A DNA stretch of 64,000 bases from positions 8,485-72,484 of the forward strand of contig JBAXED010000004.1 of NCBI GenBank assembly GCA_037140615.1, in the 5' to 3' direction. Under the pieces are notes generated by a model. It was given only the letters and a program-made list of their open reading frames with translations. It had not been told where the DNA came from and made no database searches. The position numbers and the translations under genes were made by a program. This DNA comes from Prolixibacteraceae bacterium (lineage in GTDB: Bacteria > Bacteroidota > Bacteroidia > Bacteroidales > Prolixibacteraceae). Of the stretch, positions 52,052 to 62,168 are shown one piece after another (the first letter of the stretch is position 1; each line of letters opens with the position of its first letter).

Positions 52052-53365
52052 TTATAGTTTGGGCAGCTCCCAGGGTGCCCTGTAATTTGCCAGAATCAGT
52101 TTATCAGCTTCAGGATCATTTTTGAAAGCCTGTTTGTCGCCGTCCCAATTTACTTGCCGGCCTAATCGGTAGGCAATGTTCCCAAGCGAAGCGATGCGTG
52201 CAATATGAGCTCCTGTTTCGATGTCGCAGTTAGGTTTTTCCCTGGTTTTAATGCAATCCAGGAAGTTTTTAACGTGCAAATCCAATCCTTTTCCGGTACT
52301 TGGCTGCAGAGGCACTGGTTTCATTCCTTGCAATGCGGAAGTACTCGTTGTCTCAGGGTATACTTCCCAACCTTTTCTATCAACCACCAAGGTGCCATAT
52401 TCTCCTATAAAGGCAACTCCGTGTCCCCTGCCATAATTCTGGCCATAAATACCAATTGTATGGTCCCATACGATGTTAAAGTCACCAAAATCGTATATTG
52501 TCATCATGGTATCAGGAGTTTGCATTGCATCTCCTGGAAAGGCATACTTTCCTCCTGAAGCCATCACTGATTTTGGCACATACTGATTCATGCCAAACAA
52601 AGCGTAATCCAAAAGATGGACTCCCCAATCTGTCATCAATCCACCGGCATATTCCCAATACCAGCGGAAGGTAAAGTGAAACCGGTTGATGTTGAAGGGT
52701 CTGCTTGGAGCTGGTCCGAGCCACATATCGTAGTTGACACCTGCAGGCACAGGAGAATCTGGTGCAATAGGAATTGATCCTTTCCATCCAACATACGACC
52801 ATGCCCTGGCAGAGCGTACGCGTCCAAGTTTTCCACTGTGAACATATTCCACAGCATTTTTCCAATGCGGATCACTCCTTTGCCACTGGCCAACCTGCAC
52901 TACACGTTTATATTTTTGAGCGGCCTTCACCATAAGATTACATTCTTCGATGGTGCGGCCCAATGGTTTTTCACAGTAAACGTCTTTTCCGCTTTGGCAG
53001 GCATAAACCATTGGAAGACAATGCCAATGATCAGGGGTTCCAACAATAACAACATCAATATCCTTTCTGTCAATTACCTTACGGAAATCTTCATACACAT
53101 CCGGACGTTTTCCTGTCATTTTTTCCACTTCTGCCGCGCGTTGGTTTAAAATGTTGCTGTCTACGTCACACAATGCTGCGCAAATAACTCCAGGTTGTTG
53201 CAGAAAAGCCGAAAGATCATTGAAGCCCATTCCTTTGCATCCAATAAGCGCCACAACCACTTTGTCGCTGGCCGAAACGCAGGAGCTCATGCCATTGGAT
53301 AATACTGCTATTCCTGAGGCAGTTAAACCGGTATCACGGATAAAATTTCTACGACTGGTATTCAT
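52052..53365 (-). CDS. TAT-signal Gfo/Idh/MocA-family oxidoreductase
   Basis: Twin-arginine signal SRRNFIRDTGL. Rossmann motif VALIGCKGMG. Confidence 0.8.
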   Translation of the reverse strand: MNTSRRNFIRDTGLTASGIAVLSNGMSSCVSASDKVVVALIGCKGMGFNDLSAFLQQPGVICAALCDVDSNILNQRAAEVEKMTGKRPDVYEDFRKVIDRKDIDVVIVGTPDHWHCLPMVYACQSGKDVYCEKPLGRTIEECNLMVKAAQKYKRVVQVGQWQRSDPHWKNAVEYVHSGKLGRVRSARAWSYVGWKGSIPIAPDSPVPAGVNYDMWLGPAPSRPFNINRFHFTFRWYWEYAGGLMTDWGVHLLDYALFGMNQYVPKSVMASGGKYAFPGDAMQTPDTMMTIYDFGDFNIVWDHTIGIYGQNYGRGHGVAFIGEYGTLVVDRKGWEVYPETTSTSALQGMKPVPLQPSTGKGLDLHVKNFLDCIKTREKPNCDIETGAHIARIASLGNIAYRLGRQVNWDGDKQAFKNDPEADKLILANYRAPWELPKL

Positions 53366-53557
53366 GTTTAATTTTTAACTGATGTTGATAAATGGGCAAG
53401 AATTGTTTTTCAAAAACCCGCTAAATTTATATAAAATGGCTGAAATCATTTATCTGCAATCCATTTTATTATTTTTTTCACCTTATTTAACAATAATACT
53501 TGCAAACCGGCATTCATGATATTATATTTGTTTTTATTTAAACTAAATAAATATAAT

Positions 53558-54346
53558 ATGAAAAAGCTATTAACGATTTGTATGATTGTATTATTGAATG
53601 TTGGGGTTCATGCTCAAAATGACACACAAAAATTATATCTATTATTCGAATTTATGCAAGTTAAAGGTGAACAATCCTCAGAATATCTGCAAGTTGAAGA
53701 TTTTTGGTCAGGGATTCATAAACAACTTCTTGCGGATAAATCTATTCTAGGATGGGACCTTTGGTCGCTAACGCCAGCTGGCAAGGAACAAGGATCACAG
53801 TATTTAACTGTAACACTCTTCCCATCTCTTCAAAGCATGCTTCAGGCAATTGGTTCATTGGATGTTATGGCCTATGCCAAGAAAGCTTATCCTAATAAAA
53901 CTGAAAAGGAGCTTAGTGCGTGGATGGATAAAACTATGAAATCCAGGGATATGGCTCATCAGGTACTTTGCCGACTGATTGATAATACAAAGGATGAATT
54001 TAAAATGAAACCCGGCACAATATTTACCATGGATATCATGAAACAAATGGATGACAGCTACGAAAGAGTTGAATCGGAAATATTTAAGCCGTGGCATCAG
54101 AAGATGGTCAATGAAGGAAAGAAGGGATGCTGGAAATTGCTTCAGACGATATTGCCATCAGGAAGTGAAGCATATGGTACCCATTTAACTGTTAGTATGT
54201 ATCAGGATGAAACTCAACTTGCCACCTTCATGGAAAGTTCAGGCGGAGAGATGGATTTCATGACTCAGCTTGCTGTTAAACAGGGACTTAAAACAAGAGA
54301 TTTAAGAGAAACAAAAATTGGTAAACTGATCATGACTGTCCAGTAA
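53558..54346 (+). CDS. secreted protein of unknown function
   Basis: Signal peptide MKKLLTICMIVLLNVGVHAQ at ATG 53558. The ORF track start at 53516 lies in an AT-rich leader. No motif recognised. Confidence 0.5.
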   Translation: MKKLLTICMIVLLNVGVHAQNDTQKLYLLFEFMQVKGEQSSEYLQVEDFWSGIHKQLLADKSILGWDLWSLTPAGKEQGSQYLTVTLFPSLQSMLQAIGSLDVMAYAKKAYPNKTEKELSAWMDKTMKSRDMAHQVLCRLIDNTKDEFKMKPGTIFTMDIMKQMDDSYERVESEIFKPWHQKMVNEGKKGCWKLLQTILPSGSEAYGTHLTVSMYQDETQLATFMESSGGEMDFMTQLAVKQGLKTRDLRETKIGKLIMTVQ

Positions 54347-54416
54347 TTAATCCACAAACATCTTGCTCTGATTGTTGGCAGATTTCCTTCAAACAGCTTA
54401 TATTTGAGAGAAAAAA

Positions 54417-55784
54417 ATGGATCAACTTGAATCTTATCTTTCTACTAGTCGCAATAGAATTTTAGAAGAATTATTTGGATTAATAAGGATTCCCTCAATT
54501 AGCTCTCTTGAAAAGCACAAGCCTGATATGTGGAAGGCTGCTGAATACTGGAAGAAAATATTACTGGATGCCGGTGCAGATCTTGCAACAATTTATTCAA
54601 CTCCGGGAAATCCGATTGTCTATGCCGAAAAGATCCTGGATCCTTCCAAACCAACAATTCTAGTGTATGCGCATATGGATGTGATGCCAGTAGACCCTAT
54701 TGAAAAATGGCATTCTGATCCTTTTGATCCCATCATTAAGGACGGGAAAATTTGGGCAAGGGGTGCCAATGATGACAAGGGTCAATCTTTTATTCATGCG
54801 AAAGCTTTTGAATATCTGGTAAAAAGTGGAACACTTCCATGCAATGTAAAGTTCATGATAGAAGGGGAGGAAGAGATTGGCTCGACCAATTTGGGTGCAT
54901 TCTGCGAAGAACACAAAGAGATGTTGAAATCAGATATCATTCTTGTATCTGATACTGGAATGATTGCCAAAGATATTCCTTCTATAACTTCGGGATTAAG
55001 AGGTTTAGCCTATTGGGAAGTTGAAGTGACAGGACCCAATAGAGACCTTCACTCTGGTCTTTTTGGAGGAGCTGTTGCGAATCCTATCAATGAATTGTGC
55101 AAACTGATTGCAAAAATGACCGATGAGGAGAACAAAATCACAATACCGGGCTTTTATGATGATGTAATAGATGTTACTAATGAAGAAAGAGAAAGGCTTT
55201 CTCAGAATCCATTTAATGAATTGAAATATATGGAAGCTTTGGATGTCAAGGAGCTTCAAGGCGAAAAAGGTTATTCTACTACTGAGCGAACTGGTATTCG
55301 GCCTACTTTTGATGTTTGCGGGATTTGGGGCGGATATACAGGAGAAGGTTCGAAAACTGTCTTGCCATCAAAAGCATATGCAAAAATAAGTTCAAGACTG
55401 GTTCCTAATCAGGATCATGAGAAAATTGCTCTCTTATTTAAGAATTACTTTGGATCAATAGCTCCAAAATCTATCAGGGTAAATGTATCTGTTCATCATG
55501 GAGGGCAAGGGTATTTGTGCCCCATCGATCATCCAGCTTTTCTTGCAGCAGAAAAAGCATACTTTAAAGTATATGATAAGCTTCCAGTTCCGGTTCGAAG
55601 TGGAGGAAGTATTCCAATTGTTTCAACTTTTGAAAAAATACTGGGTGTGAAAACTATTCTGATGGGATTTGGACTTGAATCAGATGCAATCCATTCGCCA
55701 AATGAACATTTCTTGTTGGAGAATTTCTACAATGGAATAAGGTGTGTTGTTCAATATTATCATTTTTTTAACCAGATAGGGTAG
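54417..55784 (+). CDS. M20-family dipeptidase/metallohydrolase
   Basis: YAHMDVMPVDP...W..DPF and GANDDKGQ motifs, 455 aa. Confidence 0.85.
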   Translation: MDQLESYLSTSRNRILEELFGLIRIPSISSLEKHKPDMWKAAEYWKKILLDAGADLATIYSTPGNPIVYAEKILDPSKPTILVYAHMDVMPVDPIEKWHSDPFDPIIKDGKIWARGANDDKGQSFIHAKAFEYLVKSGTLPCNVKFMIEGEEEIGSTNLGAFCEEHKEMLKSDIILVSDTGMIAKDIPSITSGLRGLAYWEVEVTGPNRDLHSGLFGGAVANPINELCKLIAKMTDEENKITIPGFYDDVIDVTNEERERLSQNPFNELKYMEALDVKELQGEKGYSTTERTGIRPTFDVCGIWGGYTGEGSKTVLPSKAYAKISSRLVPNQDHEKIALLFKNYFGSIAPKSIRVNVSVHHGGQGYLCPIDHPAFLAAEKAYFKVYDKLPVPVRSGGSIPIVSTFEKILGVKTILMGFGLESDAIHSPNEHFLLENFYNGIRCVVQYYHFFNQIG

Positions 55785-55804
55785 GAAAATTGATGTCTTT
55801 TTCA

Positions 55805-55839
55805 AAAAATACCGGTTCCTATGAATCGGTATTTTTTTT
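55805..55839 (+). terminator. intrinsic terminator
   Basis: AAAAATACCG ... CGGTATTTTT hairpin followed by a T8 run. Confidence 0.6.
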
Positions 55840-55942
55840 GATAATTATACTTAGATTCGAAAAATATTGTATTTTTTGACGTGAATGTGCCTAAATATTC
55901 ATGATTAATGTTAAAAAAATATGAAATATTGATATATTTATG

Positions 55943-55960
55943 AAAAAAATGGGGGTATTT
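55943..55960 (+). promoter_or_regulatory. G-run box AAAAAAATGGGGGTATTT upstream of the GSIII gene
   Basis: Same motif family as 45433-45624. The G-run ends 17 nt upstream of a TAATTTAG -7-like box (55973-55980) and about 65 nt upstream of ATG 56020. Confidence 0.45.
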
Positions 55961-56019
55961 ATAAAATATATGTAATTTAGCTGAAAATTTTGAATTTATT
56001 ATTTTTTAAAATTATAGCT

Positions 56020-58209
56020 ATGGCAACAATTAGATTTAAAGCACTTGAGATTTTGATGACCAGAAAGCCTGTCGAGGTAAAAAGAGAAGAGAATCTGACA
56101 TCTGATTACTATGGAATGCTGGTTTTCGATCGACCTAAGATGAAAAAATATCTTTCCAAAGATTCTTTTAAAGGTATTTGTGATGCTATGGACAATGGCA
56201 CCACCATTGACAGAAAAATTGCCGATCAGGTAGCCATCGGAATGAAAACATGGGCCATTGAAAACGGAGCAACACACTACACTCACTGGTTTCATCCATT
56301 GACCGACGGAACTGCAGAAAAACATGATGCTTTTATTGATCATTCAGAGATGGGTGGTGTCATTGAAAGTTTTCCAGGTAAATTGTTGGCTCAACAGGAA
56401 CCTGATGCATCTTCCTTCCCAAGCGGTGGTATCAGAAATACCTTTGAGGCAAGGGGTTATACGGCATGGGATGTTTCTTCTCCGGCGTTTGTAGTGGGTA
56501 CAACACTTTGTATTCCAACTATTTTTATTGCTTACACTGGCGAAGCACTTGATTACAAAGCTCCATTGTTAAAAGTAATGAGTGCGGTTGACAAGGCAGC
56601 AGTAGAAGTATGTCAGTATTTTGATAAAAATGTTACCCAGGTAACAGCTAATCTTGGTTGGGAACAGGAGTATTTTTTGGTTGATGAAGCTCTATTCATT
56701 GCACGTCCTGACCTTGTATTAACAGGACGGACCTTAATGGGACATTCTTCAGCAAAAGACCAGCAACTTGAGGACCACTATTTCGCATCAATTCCAGAGC
56801 GTGTCGCCATGTTTATGATGGATCTGGAAAATGAGGCTTACAAATTGGGTATTCCTGTTAAGACCCGCCACAACGAGGTTGCTCCTAACCAATTTGAACT
56901 TGCTCCGATTTTTGAAGAGGTTAACCTTGCCAATGACCATAATCAAATGGTTATGGATTTGATGAATAAAATTGCGCGTCATCATGGTTTCAGAGTATTG
57001 TTGCACGAAAAACCATTTTCAGGAATCAATGGTTCAGGAAAACACAACAACTGGTCGCTTTCTACCAACACTGGTGTAAACCTTTATTCTCCCGGGAAAA
57101 ATCCAAAATCAAATACACAGTTTCTGACCTTTATCGTCAATACAATCAAGGCGGTATATGACAACCAGGATTTGCTGCGTGCATCCATTGTGTCTGCAAG
57201 CAATTCTCACAGGTTGGGCGCAAATGAAGCACCACCTGCGATTATTTCTACTTTCCTGGGAACAGAAGTTAGCGCCATGCTCGACCAGATTGAGGAGATG
57301 GTAGGCGAAAAGAAAATGACTCCTGATGAAAAAACTGATCTCAAATTGAACATTGGCCGTATTCCTGAGATCCTGCTTGATAACACGGACAGGAACCGTA
57401 CGTCACCATTTGCATTCACTGGCAACAGATTTGAATTCCGGGCCGTAGGATCTTCTGCCAACTGTGCTTCGGCAATGATAGCCTTGAATTCTGTTGTGGC
57501 AGCTCAACTGATTCAATTCAAGAAAGATGTCGACAAGTTGATTGACGCGAATGTAAAGAAGGATGAAGCAATCTTTCAGGTATTGAAAAAATATATCTCA
57601 GAATGCAAACCTGTTCGTTTTGATGGCAATGGTTACAGTCAGGAGTGGGCCGACGAAGCAGAACGTCGTGGTTTGACCAACATCAAGAGTGTGCCACTGG
57701 CACTTGACGCTTATCTTTTCAAGAGTTCAAGAAAAGTATTCGAATCACTCGGTATTTTCAATGAGAAAGAGCTTGAAGCCCGTGTTGAGGTAGAATATGA
57801 AAAATATATTAAAAAGATTCAGATTGAGTCTCGGGTATTGGGTGACTTGGCTATCAACCATATTGTGCCAACAGCAATCACATACCAGACCATGTTAATT
57901 GAAAACGTTAAGGGGTTGAAAATTATTTTCTCCGATGAAGAATTCAATGAGCTAGCTGGTGCCCGTAAAGATTTGATTAAAGAGATTTCCAATCATATTA
58001 CCTGCATCAAATCCAAGACCAAGGAAATGATTGATGCCAGGAAAGTTGCCAACGTGATTGAACATGCCAGAGAAAAGTCATTGGCTTACGAGCAGAATGT
58101 TAAACCATATCTTGAGGATATCCGATACCACATTGATAAACTTGAATTGGTTGTAGACAATGAGTTATGGCCATTGCCAAAATATCGCGAACTTTTATTT
58201 ACCCGCTAG
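56020..58209 (+). CDS. glnN: type III glutamine synthetase (GlnN/GSIII)
   Basis: ~729 aa. N-terminus MATIRFKALEILMTRKP and central NEVAPNQFELAP / GSGKHNNWS motifs are typical of Bacteroides GSIII. The ORF track start at 55990 is an upstream non-ATG codon. Confidence 0.9.
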   Translation: MATIRFKALEILMTRKPVEVKREENLTSDYYGMLVFDRPKMKKYLSKDSFKGICDAMDNGTTIDRKIADQVAIGMKTWAIENGATHYTHWFHPLTDGTAEKHDAFIDHSEMGGVIESFPGKLLAQQEPDASSFPSGGIRNTFEARGYTAWDVSSPAFVVGTTLCIPTIFIAYTGEALDYKAPLLKVMSAVDKAAVEVCQYFDKNVTQVTANLGWEQEYFLVDEALFIARPDLVLTGRTLMGHSSAKDQQLEDHYFASIPERVAMFMMDLENEAYKLGIPVKTRHNEVAPNQFELAPIFEEVNLANDHNQMVMDLMNKIARHHGFRVLLHEKPFSGINGSGKHNNWSLSTNTGVNLYSPGKNPKSNTQFLTFIVNTIKAVYDNQDLLRASIVSASNSHRLGANEAPPAIISTFLGTEVSAMLDQIEEMVGEKKMTPDEKTDLKLNIGRIPEILLDNTDRNRTSPFAFTGNRFEFRAVGSSANCASAMIALNSVVAAQLIQFKKDVDKLIDANVKKDEAIFQVLKKYISECKPVRFDGNGYSQEWADEAERRGLTNIKSVPLALDAYLFKSSRKVFESLGIFNEKELEARVEVEYEKYIKKIQIESRVLGDLAINHIVPTAITYQTMLIENVKGLKIIFSDEEFNELAGARKDLIKEISNHITCIKSKTKEMIDARKVANVIEHAREKSLAYEQNVKPYLEDIRYHIDKLELVVDNELWPLPKYRELLFTR

Positions 58210-58222
58210 AGTAAAATGAAAT

Positions 58223-58262
58223 AAAAAAAATGCCCCGGAGAATTCTCCAGGGCATTTTTTTT
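58223..58262. terminator. bidirectional intrinsic terminator (A-run, hairpin, T-run)
   Basis: TGCCCCGGAG/CTCCAGGGCA stem with one bulge, flanked by A8 and T7 runs. It lies between convergent genes. Confidence 0.8.
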
Positions 58263-59985
58263 ATTTATGTCTGTATGGGTTTTCCACCTCTTTTGTTTTT
58301 CTCCTTTTCATCTGAAAGAAATTAGAGAAACGGTCTTTCTTGTTGAGTACATCTCTGCAAACCAAAAGCAGTTCCATCTCTTTTAATTCTTTCCATTTCT
58401 CCTTTGAGATATTAAAATCTGCCGATTGCGATATAACCTGAACCATCTGCTTGTATCTGCCTTTTCCGGTCTTGTTGAAAGAGACCAATGCGTACCATTC
58501 TGAAGGAGAGGTATTTTGTGTTTTCCAGGACAATAATCTATCGCCATCGCTGACTTTGGCTAACGTTATTTCACCTGCTAAAGTGATCCATTCTGATCTG
58601 ATAGATATTGGATTGTATTCGATCGAATGAAGAAATTCTTTTCTTATTGATTCAACATCGATTGGAATAGTTGAGGGTTCGCCGACAGGCATAGTTATTT
58701 TTGAAATGGCAGCTATATCTTTATGACGGTCATCATCAATGGAGGCTTCCAAATTGAGTTGGTTCTCGCGCAAGGTTTTGGCTTGATCAGACGACAATTT
58801 ACCTATGTTTGATGCACTGTAAAAAGCAAATCCCCTGACTTTATCATTGGATCTCAAATAGTTGATCTGGTTGGTAAGTTCATCAGGTTGTCTCCATCCA
58901 TTTTTCCCTACTGCTGATTTATAGAGAGCCTGGCCAATGTAAAGAGGCTTTCCGTAACTATTCTCGCTCCACCATTGTACCAAAGACGTGAAATCGCCAA
59001 AATGATTTCCTTTTTCCCAGTACAATTGCGGTATAACGTAATCGATCCATCCATTGATAAGCCATTTGCGAACATCGGCATATAAATCGTCATAGGAACT
59101 TATTCCGCGAAGACCAACCGAACCTCCGGTGTCTACAGATTTGTTTCTCCAGATGCCAAACGGACTAATTCCAAATTTAATTTTTGGATTGATATTTTGG
59201 ATGGTGTCGTGAAGTAATGAAACAAAGCGGTTGATATTTTCCCTTCGCCACTCTTTGATTCTTTTGGGATAAAAGGCTTTTCCAAATTTTGCAAAGCTTG
59301 ATTCATCCTTGAATTTCTTACCTTCAACAGGGTAAGGATAGAAATAGTCATCCAGGAGAATGGCATCTACATCATATTTTTTAGCGACTTCAGCAATCAC
59401 ACCCACCAAATGTGATATGACTTGCGGATATCCTGGATCCAGGAATAGTTTATTATCAAATTCTTTTACATATTGAGGATGTTTCGCTGCAAAGCTATTG
59501 GGGTCAAGAGGATAAAACCCTACATTTCTTACCCTGAATGGATTAAACCAGGCATGGAGTTCCATTCCCCTTTGGTGGCACATTTCAATCGCCCATGCAA
59601 GAGGATCATAGAATGGATTTGGTGCTTTCCCTTGTTTGCCTGTAAGAAAATGGGACCAGGGTTCAGTTTTTGACTGGTAGAAAGCATCGGAAGCGGCTCG
59701 TACCTGAAGAATTACTACATTAAGGTTGAATTTCTGAAATGTATCAAGTAAGCTCAAAAATTCACTTTTTTGTTCTTCAACAGATAAATTAGGTTTGGAG
59801 GGCCAGTCAATGTTATTGATGGTGGCAATCCATACTGCTCTGAATTCACTCGTTTTCGTTGCGTTCGGTTGGTCCTTTGAGAATCTACTCTGACCTTGAA
59901 GGTTTATAACGGAGCTTTTGACTGAAATTGGTTCCAAAAGGATCAAGACCAAAACAAAAGAAATTGTTCGAAGGAATGGATTCAT
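58261..59985 (-). CDS. glycoside hydrolase-like GHL10-family protein (YngK-like)
   Basis: FRAVWIATINNIDWPS motif. The signal peptide begins at the ATG at 59985; the ORF track start at 60048 is further upstream. Confidence 0.75.
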   Translation of the reverse strand: MNPFLRTISFVLVLILLEPISVKSSVINLQGQSRFSKDQPNATKTSEFRAVWIATINNIDWPSKPNLSVEEQKSEFLSLLDTFQKFNLNVVILQVRAASDAFYQSKTEPWSHFLTGKQGKAPNPFYDPLAWAIEMCHQRGMELHAWFNPFRVRNVGFYPLDPNSFAAKHPQYVKEFDNKLFLDPGYPQVISHLVGVIAEVAKKYDVDAILLDDYFYPYPVEGKKFKDESSFAKFGKAFYPKRIKEWRRENINRFVSLLHDTIQNINPKIKFGISPFGIWRNKSVDTGGSVGLRGISSYDDLYADVRKWLINGWIDYVIPQLYWEKGNHFGDFTSLVQWWSENSYGKPLYIGQALYKSAVGKNGWRQPDELTNQINYLRSNDKVRGFAFYSASNIGKLSSDQAKTLRENQLNLEASIDDDRHKDIAAISKITMPVGEPSTIPIDVESIRKEFLHSIEYNPISIRSEWITLAGEITLAKVSDGDRLLSWKTQNTSPSEWYALVSFNKTGKGRYKQMVQVISQSADFNISKEKWKELKEMELLLVCRDVLNKKDRFSNFFQMKRRKTKEVENPYRHK

Positions 59986-60073
59986 TTGTCGTTTATGAAT
60001 GGGTGCAGAACTTAAAAAGAATGACCAATCATTTGATTGAATGGTCATTCAAAAAATATAATTTATAAATATT

Positions 60074-62062
60074 TCAAGGATAGTATTTAACGAACGCTTC
60101 CATCGCTTCATATTCTGCCATACCTAAGGCATCATAAAGATTGGCTGTTGCACGATTTCTTTCTTCAGCTCTCTGCCAAAATTCACGTTCATCTTCTCCC
60201 ATGAACATGGCACCTTCTTTTTGTGATTGATGACGAAGAATTGCCTCCCTTTTTCTGGACAACTCAATGGGGCTAATTGGAACTGCCATTTCAATTTGAT
60301 CGGCATCCCACTCTGCCCAGGCACCTCTGTACAACCATACCCAGCAATCATTCATCCATGCTTGATTCTTAAGATGTTCAAGTGCAATGAAAATCGCATC
60401 CAAACAAACCCTGTGAGTTCCATGTGGATCGGATAAATCACCGGCAGCGAAAATCTGATGAGGTTGAATGGTCTCAACCAGGTTCATGATAAGTTGTACA
60501 TCTCTTTCGCCAATGGGAGCTTTTGATTTGAGTCCGGTTTCATAAAAGGGGAGATCTAGAAAATGGATATTTTCATTTTTTAGACCAAAATACCTTAAGG
60601 CAGACCTGGCCTCCATTCTTCGGATCAATCCTTTCACTTTTCTAAGATCCGGGATATCTATATCATTGTCCTTCTTATTTTTTATGAAATGAAGAATCTT
60701 GTCCTGCTGAATTTTTGCTACAGGATTCTCCGTATCATAAAACTCGATGTACTCCTGATGAAAGTCAAGAAACCGTGTCACGTATTCGTCAGATACCGCG
60801 AAGTTACCAGATACCTGGTAAGCTACATGGACATCATGCCCTTGTTCGATTAACCTGAGCAACGTCCCACCCATTGAAATGACATCGTCATCGGGATGAG
60901 GGCTGAAAAGGATAATCTTTTTCATTTCAGGACAAGCTCTTTCAGGTCGGAATGTATCATCTACATTGGGCTTACCTCCAGGCCATCCGGTTATTGTATG
61001 CTGTAAGTCATTGAATACTTTGATGTTGATCTTATAGGCTGATCCAACGGTAGCAAGTAGGTCACTCAACCCATGATCATTGTAGTCTTTACCAGTAAGT
61101 TTCAAAAGGGGTTTGCTTGTTTTAAAGCATAGCCATAAGACCGCTTTTCTGATCAAAATATCTTCTGACCAGTCCATGCTGTCAAGAAGCCAGGGTGTTT
61201 TCATTCTAATTAAATGCAGAGCAGCCCCACTTTCAAGAATTACTTTTGCATTTTGATGAAATTGGATGTAGGAAGCAGGAATAAGATTGTTAGGTTCATC
61301 TTCAACCATCTGCTTAATTACCTTTGCCTTTGTCTCACCGAAAGCCGAAAGGATTATTTTTTTTGCACTTAGGATGGTTGATATGCCAATTGTAATTGCA
61401 CTTCGTGGAACATTCTCAAAACCCCTGAATTGAATTGCTTCTTCCTGACGGGTCAAAGGATCCAGTGTGATAATCCGGGTTTTCGTATTTCTTCCTGAAC
61501 CTGGTTCATTGAATCCAATGTGGCCGCTTCTACCAATCCCTAGCAACAACAGGTCTATGCCACCTGCATTTTCAATTTTCTTCTCATACTCACGACAAAA
61601 ATCGTGCACTTCATCCAGCAATATTGTCCCATCTGGAATATGTATGTTCTCAGGCAATATATTAACATGGTTAAAGAAATGCATGCGCATGTAATGGTGG
61701 TAACTATGAATAGAATGAGAGGAAAGAGGATAATATTCGTCCAAATTAAACGTAATAACATTATGAAAACTTAGATCCTCTTCTTTATGCATCCTGACTA
61801 ATTCGGCATAAATACCCAGCTGAGTAGAACCCGTAGGAAGTCCCAATATGCAGTTTTCACCTTTTTCTTGTTTTAAAAGAATTAAGCTGGATACTTCGCG
61901 TGCTACTTCCTTCGAGGCATCGGAACTTTCCTGGTAAATGAAAGTTGGAATTTTCTCATATTTAGTCAGAACATCCCGGTGGGTAAGGTTGGTTGGCAGA
62001 TGATCAAGTGAATGGTCAAAAATGGGATTTTGACTCTGTAATTTGTTGCTAAGATTTATCAC
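60074..62062 (-). CDS. nagB: long-form glucosamine-6-phosphate deaminase (NagB domain fused to PIG-L/LmbE-like domain)
   Basis: NagB motifs GLPTGST and LLGIGRSGHIGFNEPGS. C-terminal LFSPHPDDDVISMGGTL PIG-L motif. Confidence 0.85.
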   Translation of the reverse strand: MINLSNKLQSQNPIFDHSLDHLPTNLTHRDVLTKYEKIPTFIYQESSDASKEVAREVSSLILLKQEKGENCILGLPTGSTQLGIYAELVRMHKEEDLSFHNVITFNLDEYYPLSSHSIHSYHHYMRMHFFNHVNILPENIHIPDGTILLDEVHDFCREYEKKIENAGGIDLLLLGIGRSGHIGFNEPGSGRNTKTRIITLDPLTRQEEAIQFRGFENVPRSAITIGISTILSAKKIILSAFGETKAKVIKQMVEDEPNNLIPASYIQFHQNAKVILESGAALHLIRMKTPWLLDSMDWSEDILIRKAVLWLCFKTSKPLLKLTGKDYNDHGLSDLLATVGSAYKINIKVFNDLQHTITGWPGGKPNVDDTFRPERACPEMKKIILFSPHPDDDVISMGGTLLRLIEQGHDVHVAYQVSGNFAVSDEYVTRFLDFHQEYIEFYDTENPVAKIQQDKILHFIKNKKDNDIDIPDLRKVKGLIRRMEARSALRYFGLKNENIHFLDLPFYETGLKSKAPIGERDVQLIMNLVETIQPHQIFAAGDLSDPHGTHRVCLDAIFIALEHLKNQAWMNDCWVWLYRGAWAEWDADQIEMAVPISPIELSRKREAILRHQSQKEGAMFMGEDEREFWQRAEERNRATANLYDALGMAEYEAMEAFVKYYP

Positions 62063-62168
62063 TGGTAAGAATCTTTAAAGGGTGATCTTAATTTACTCAA
62101 GTAATCAATGTTCATATTGAGGTCATATTATAGCTCTTACGTCAAAATTAGAAAAAAAGTAACCATTA

